The translations under genes and the position numbers were made by a program. A stretch of 64,000 nt of DNA from an uncultured Acidobacteriota bacterium. GTDB lineage: Bacteria; Acidobacteriota; Thermoanaerobaculia; UBA5066; Gp7-AA6. Location: NCBI GenBank assembly GCA_963775725.1, contig CAVZKA010000001.1:740309-804308 (forward strand). Reading direction: 5' to 3'. How positions within the stretch are numbered: the first letter of the stretch is position 1; each line of letters opens with the position of its first letter. The notes under the pieces were generated by a model. It saw only the letters and a program-made list of their open reading frames with translations, was not told where the DNA came from and searched no databases. Shown piece after piece: positions 62,799-64,000 of the stretch.

Positions 62799-63928
62799 GG
62801 CCGGCGGCCGTCCTCGCGATGCTGGCGGCGGGGGCGGCGGCGGCGGCCCCGGTCTCGCCGTTCGGTCCGCCGTTCCGTGTCGCGGTCGGCGCGTCCCGGA
62901 GGCCCATGGCGCTCGCCGCCGGGGACTTCAACGAGGACGGCAAGGTTGACCTCCTCGTCGCGAGCGAAGGCTCCAATGACGTGCTCGCCCTGCTCGGGGA
63001 CGGGCAGGGCGGCCTGCGCGCGGGAGCCTCCGCGTCGGCGGGCGCGAATCCGGCCGAGATGTTCGTCGGCGATTTCAACCATGACGGTCACGGCGACGTC
63101 GCGATCGCCAACCACGACACGAGCTTCGTCACGATCCTGCTCGGCGACGGCAAGGGTGGATTTCGTCCGGCACCCGGCTCTCCGCTGACGGTCCGCAGCA
63201 AGCCGCACCCGCACACGGTCGACGGCTGCGACGTCGACGGCGACGGGAACCTCGACCTCGTCATCGACAGCTGGGCGGAGGATCGGCTCACGCTCCTGCT
63301 CGGCGACGGCAAGGGCGGGTTCCGGACCCCGGGGGCGTCGATCGAGGTGGGCCGCAAGCCGTACCGGAACCTGAAGCTCGCCGACGTCAACGGCGACGGG
63401 AAGTGCGACGTCGTGGCGCCGAGCTACGGCCAGGGCGTGGTCACGGTCCTGCTCGGCGACGGGCACGGCCACTTCAAGGCGGGCAGCCCGATCCCAGCGG
63501 GTCCGGCCCCGTTCACCGTGGACGTCGGCGACCTCAACCACGACGGCTTCCCGGACCTCGCGTTCTCCAACTACTCGGGCCAGATCAGCGACGCGAGCGA
63601 CGACGCCATCTCGTTCCTGCTCGGCGACGGGAGGGGCGGATTCCGGCCCGGCCCGCGCCTTGCGACCGGCCGCGGACCCTTCCAGCTCTCTGCCGGAGAC
63701 ATCAATGGCGACGGGTTCGTGGACGTCGTGACCGCGGACTACGGCGGCTCGGACCTGACGGTTGCGCTCGGTGGAGCGGACGGCCTATCGCCCTCGCGCA
63801 CGGCTCGAGTCCCCCTGCCCGGCAAGCCCGAACGCGTGCTGCTCGTGGACCTGAACGGCGATCACAGGGCCGACGCGATCGCGATCAGCGGCGAAGGCCG
63901 CGACGTCTTCGTCCTGATCGCGAAATAG
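62795..63928 (+). CDS. Secreted FG-GAP/VCBS-repeat beta-propeller protein
   Basis: From MRPAAVLAMLAAGAAAAAP (ATGA overlap with the NmrA-like gene). Seven repeats with a DxNxDGxxD Ca-binding-like motif: GDFNEDGKVDL, GDFNHDGHGDV, DVDGDGNLDL, DVNGDGKCDV, GDLNHDGFPDL, GDINGDGFVDV, DLNGDHRADA. Confidence 0.7.
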   Translation: MRPAAVLAMLAAGAAAAAPVSPFGPPFRVAVGASRRPMALAAGDFNEDGKVDLLVASEGSNDVLALLGDGQGGLRAGASASAGANPAEMFVGDFNHDGHGDVAIANHDTSFVTILLGDGKGGFRPAPGSPLTVRSKPHPHTVDGCDVDGDGNLDLVIDSWAEDRLTLLLGDGKGGFRTPGASIEVGRKPYRNLKLADVNGDGKCDVVAPSYGQGVVTVLLGDGHGHFKAGSPIPAGPAPFTVDVGDLNHDGFPDLAFSNYSGQISDASDDAISFLLGDGRGGFRPGPRLATGRGPFQLSAGDINGDGFVDVVTADYGGSDLTVALGGADGLSPSRTARVPLPGKPERVLLVDLNGDHRADAIAISGEGRDVFVLIAK

Positions 63929-63929
63929 C

Positions 63930-64000
63930 GATGTTCTGCCCCAACTGCGGCGACGAGTACCGCGAAGGCTTCACGCGCTGCGCGGACTGCGAGGCGGACC
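63930..64000 (+). CDS. Zinc-ribbon protein, 5' fragment (continues beyond the window)
   Basis: My own translation from the ATG at ~63930: MFCPNCGDEYREGFTRCADCEAD, with CxxC...CxxC spacing. Not in the track because the ORF is incomplete. Confidence 0.3.

Noticed and set aside
1-64000. tRNA, rRNA, CRISPR arrays, transposases, integrases, phage genes
   Set aside because: Intergenic spaces are short (mostly under 300 nt) and none shows tRNA-like cloverleaf GC-stem patterns that I could recognise, regularly spaced direct repeats, or IS-type protein signatures (DDE, tyrosine or serine recombinase motifs). Absence by eye is not proof. tRNAscan, Infernal and ISfinder should be run.

Overview
This is a very GC-rich (~70%) bacterial chromosomal segment with dense, mostly short operons on both strands and no rRNA, tRNA, CRISPR array, transposase or integrase that I could recognise by eye. 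A PadR regulator followed by a duplicated FtsX-type 'ADOP' permease suggests an Acidobacteria-like soil organism; this is inference only. Because of the high GC, the six-frame track is full of long spurious ORFs. I accepted only ORFs whose translations carry recognisable family signatures: P-loops, SxxK, HExxH, CxxCH, GGQ, HRDLKxxN, or a signal peptide plus sensible composition. Many starts were trimmed inside the track ORFs. Some of my manual coordinates may be off by 1-2 nt, and for CDS I relied on the track frames.

Around 70 plausible CDS are listed. The content is typical soil-bacterium accessory material: five VOC/glyoxalase-fold proteins; four beta-lactamase-fold serine hydrolases (one class-A-like); two ADOP permeases; gamma-glutamyltransferase; an M3 dipeptidyl carboxypeptidase; exonuclease III; ArfB; a CDF transporter; an Na+/H+ antiporter; a diheme cytochrome c; a quinone oxidoreductase; and many secreted proteins of unknown function.

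Items worth a second look:
- A Ser/Thr kinase fused to a C-terminal BRCT domain.
- An ECF-sigma / Ser-Thr-kinase / small-membrane-protein operon whose start codon overlaps a divergent NTF2-like gene at a CCATGG site.
- Two paralogous secreted proteins that share an SLH-like C-terminal domain.
- A ~90 bp MITE/REP-like element with 11-15 bp terminal inverted repeats, present twice in opposite orientation between convergent gene pairs.
- A ~110 bp nested palindrome built from GGGGAGAGGG hairpins.
- A candidate ~120 nt sRNA bounded by a sigma70-like promoter and an unusually T-rich intrinsic terminator.
- A frameshifted DUF3224 gene.
- A secreted DUF5666 repeat protein with a His/Asp/Gly/Ser-rich tail.
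- A PilZ protein with an unknown N-terminal domain.

I could not identify a coherent novel multi-gene system such as a defense island. The kinase-BRCT fusion and the ECF-sigma/kinase module are the best leads.
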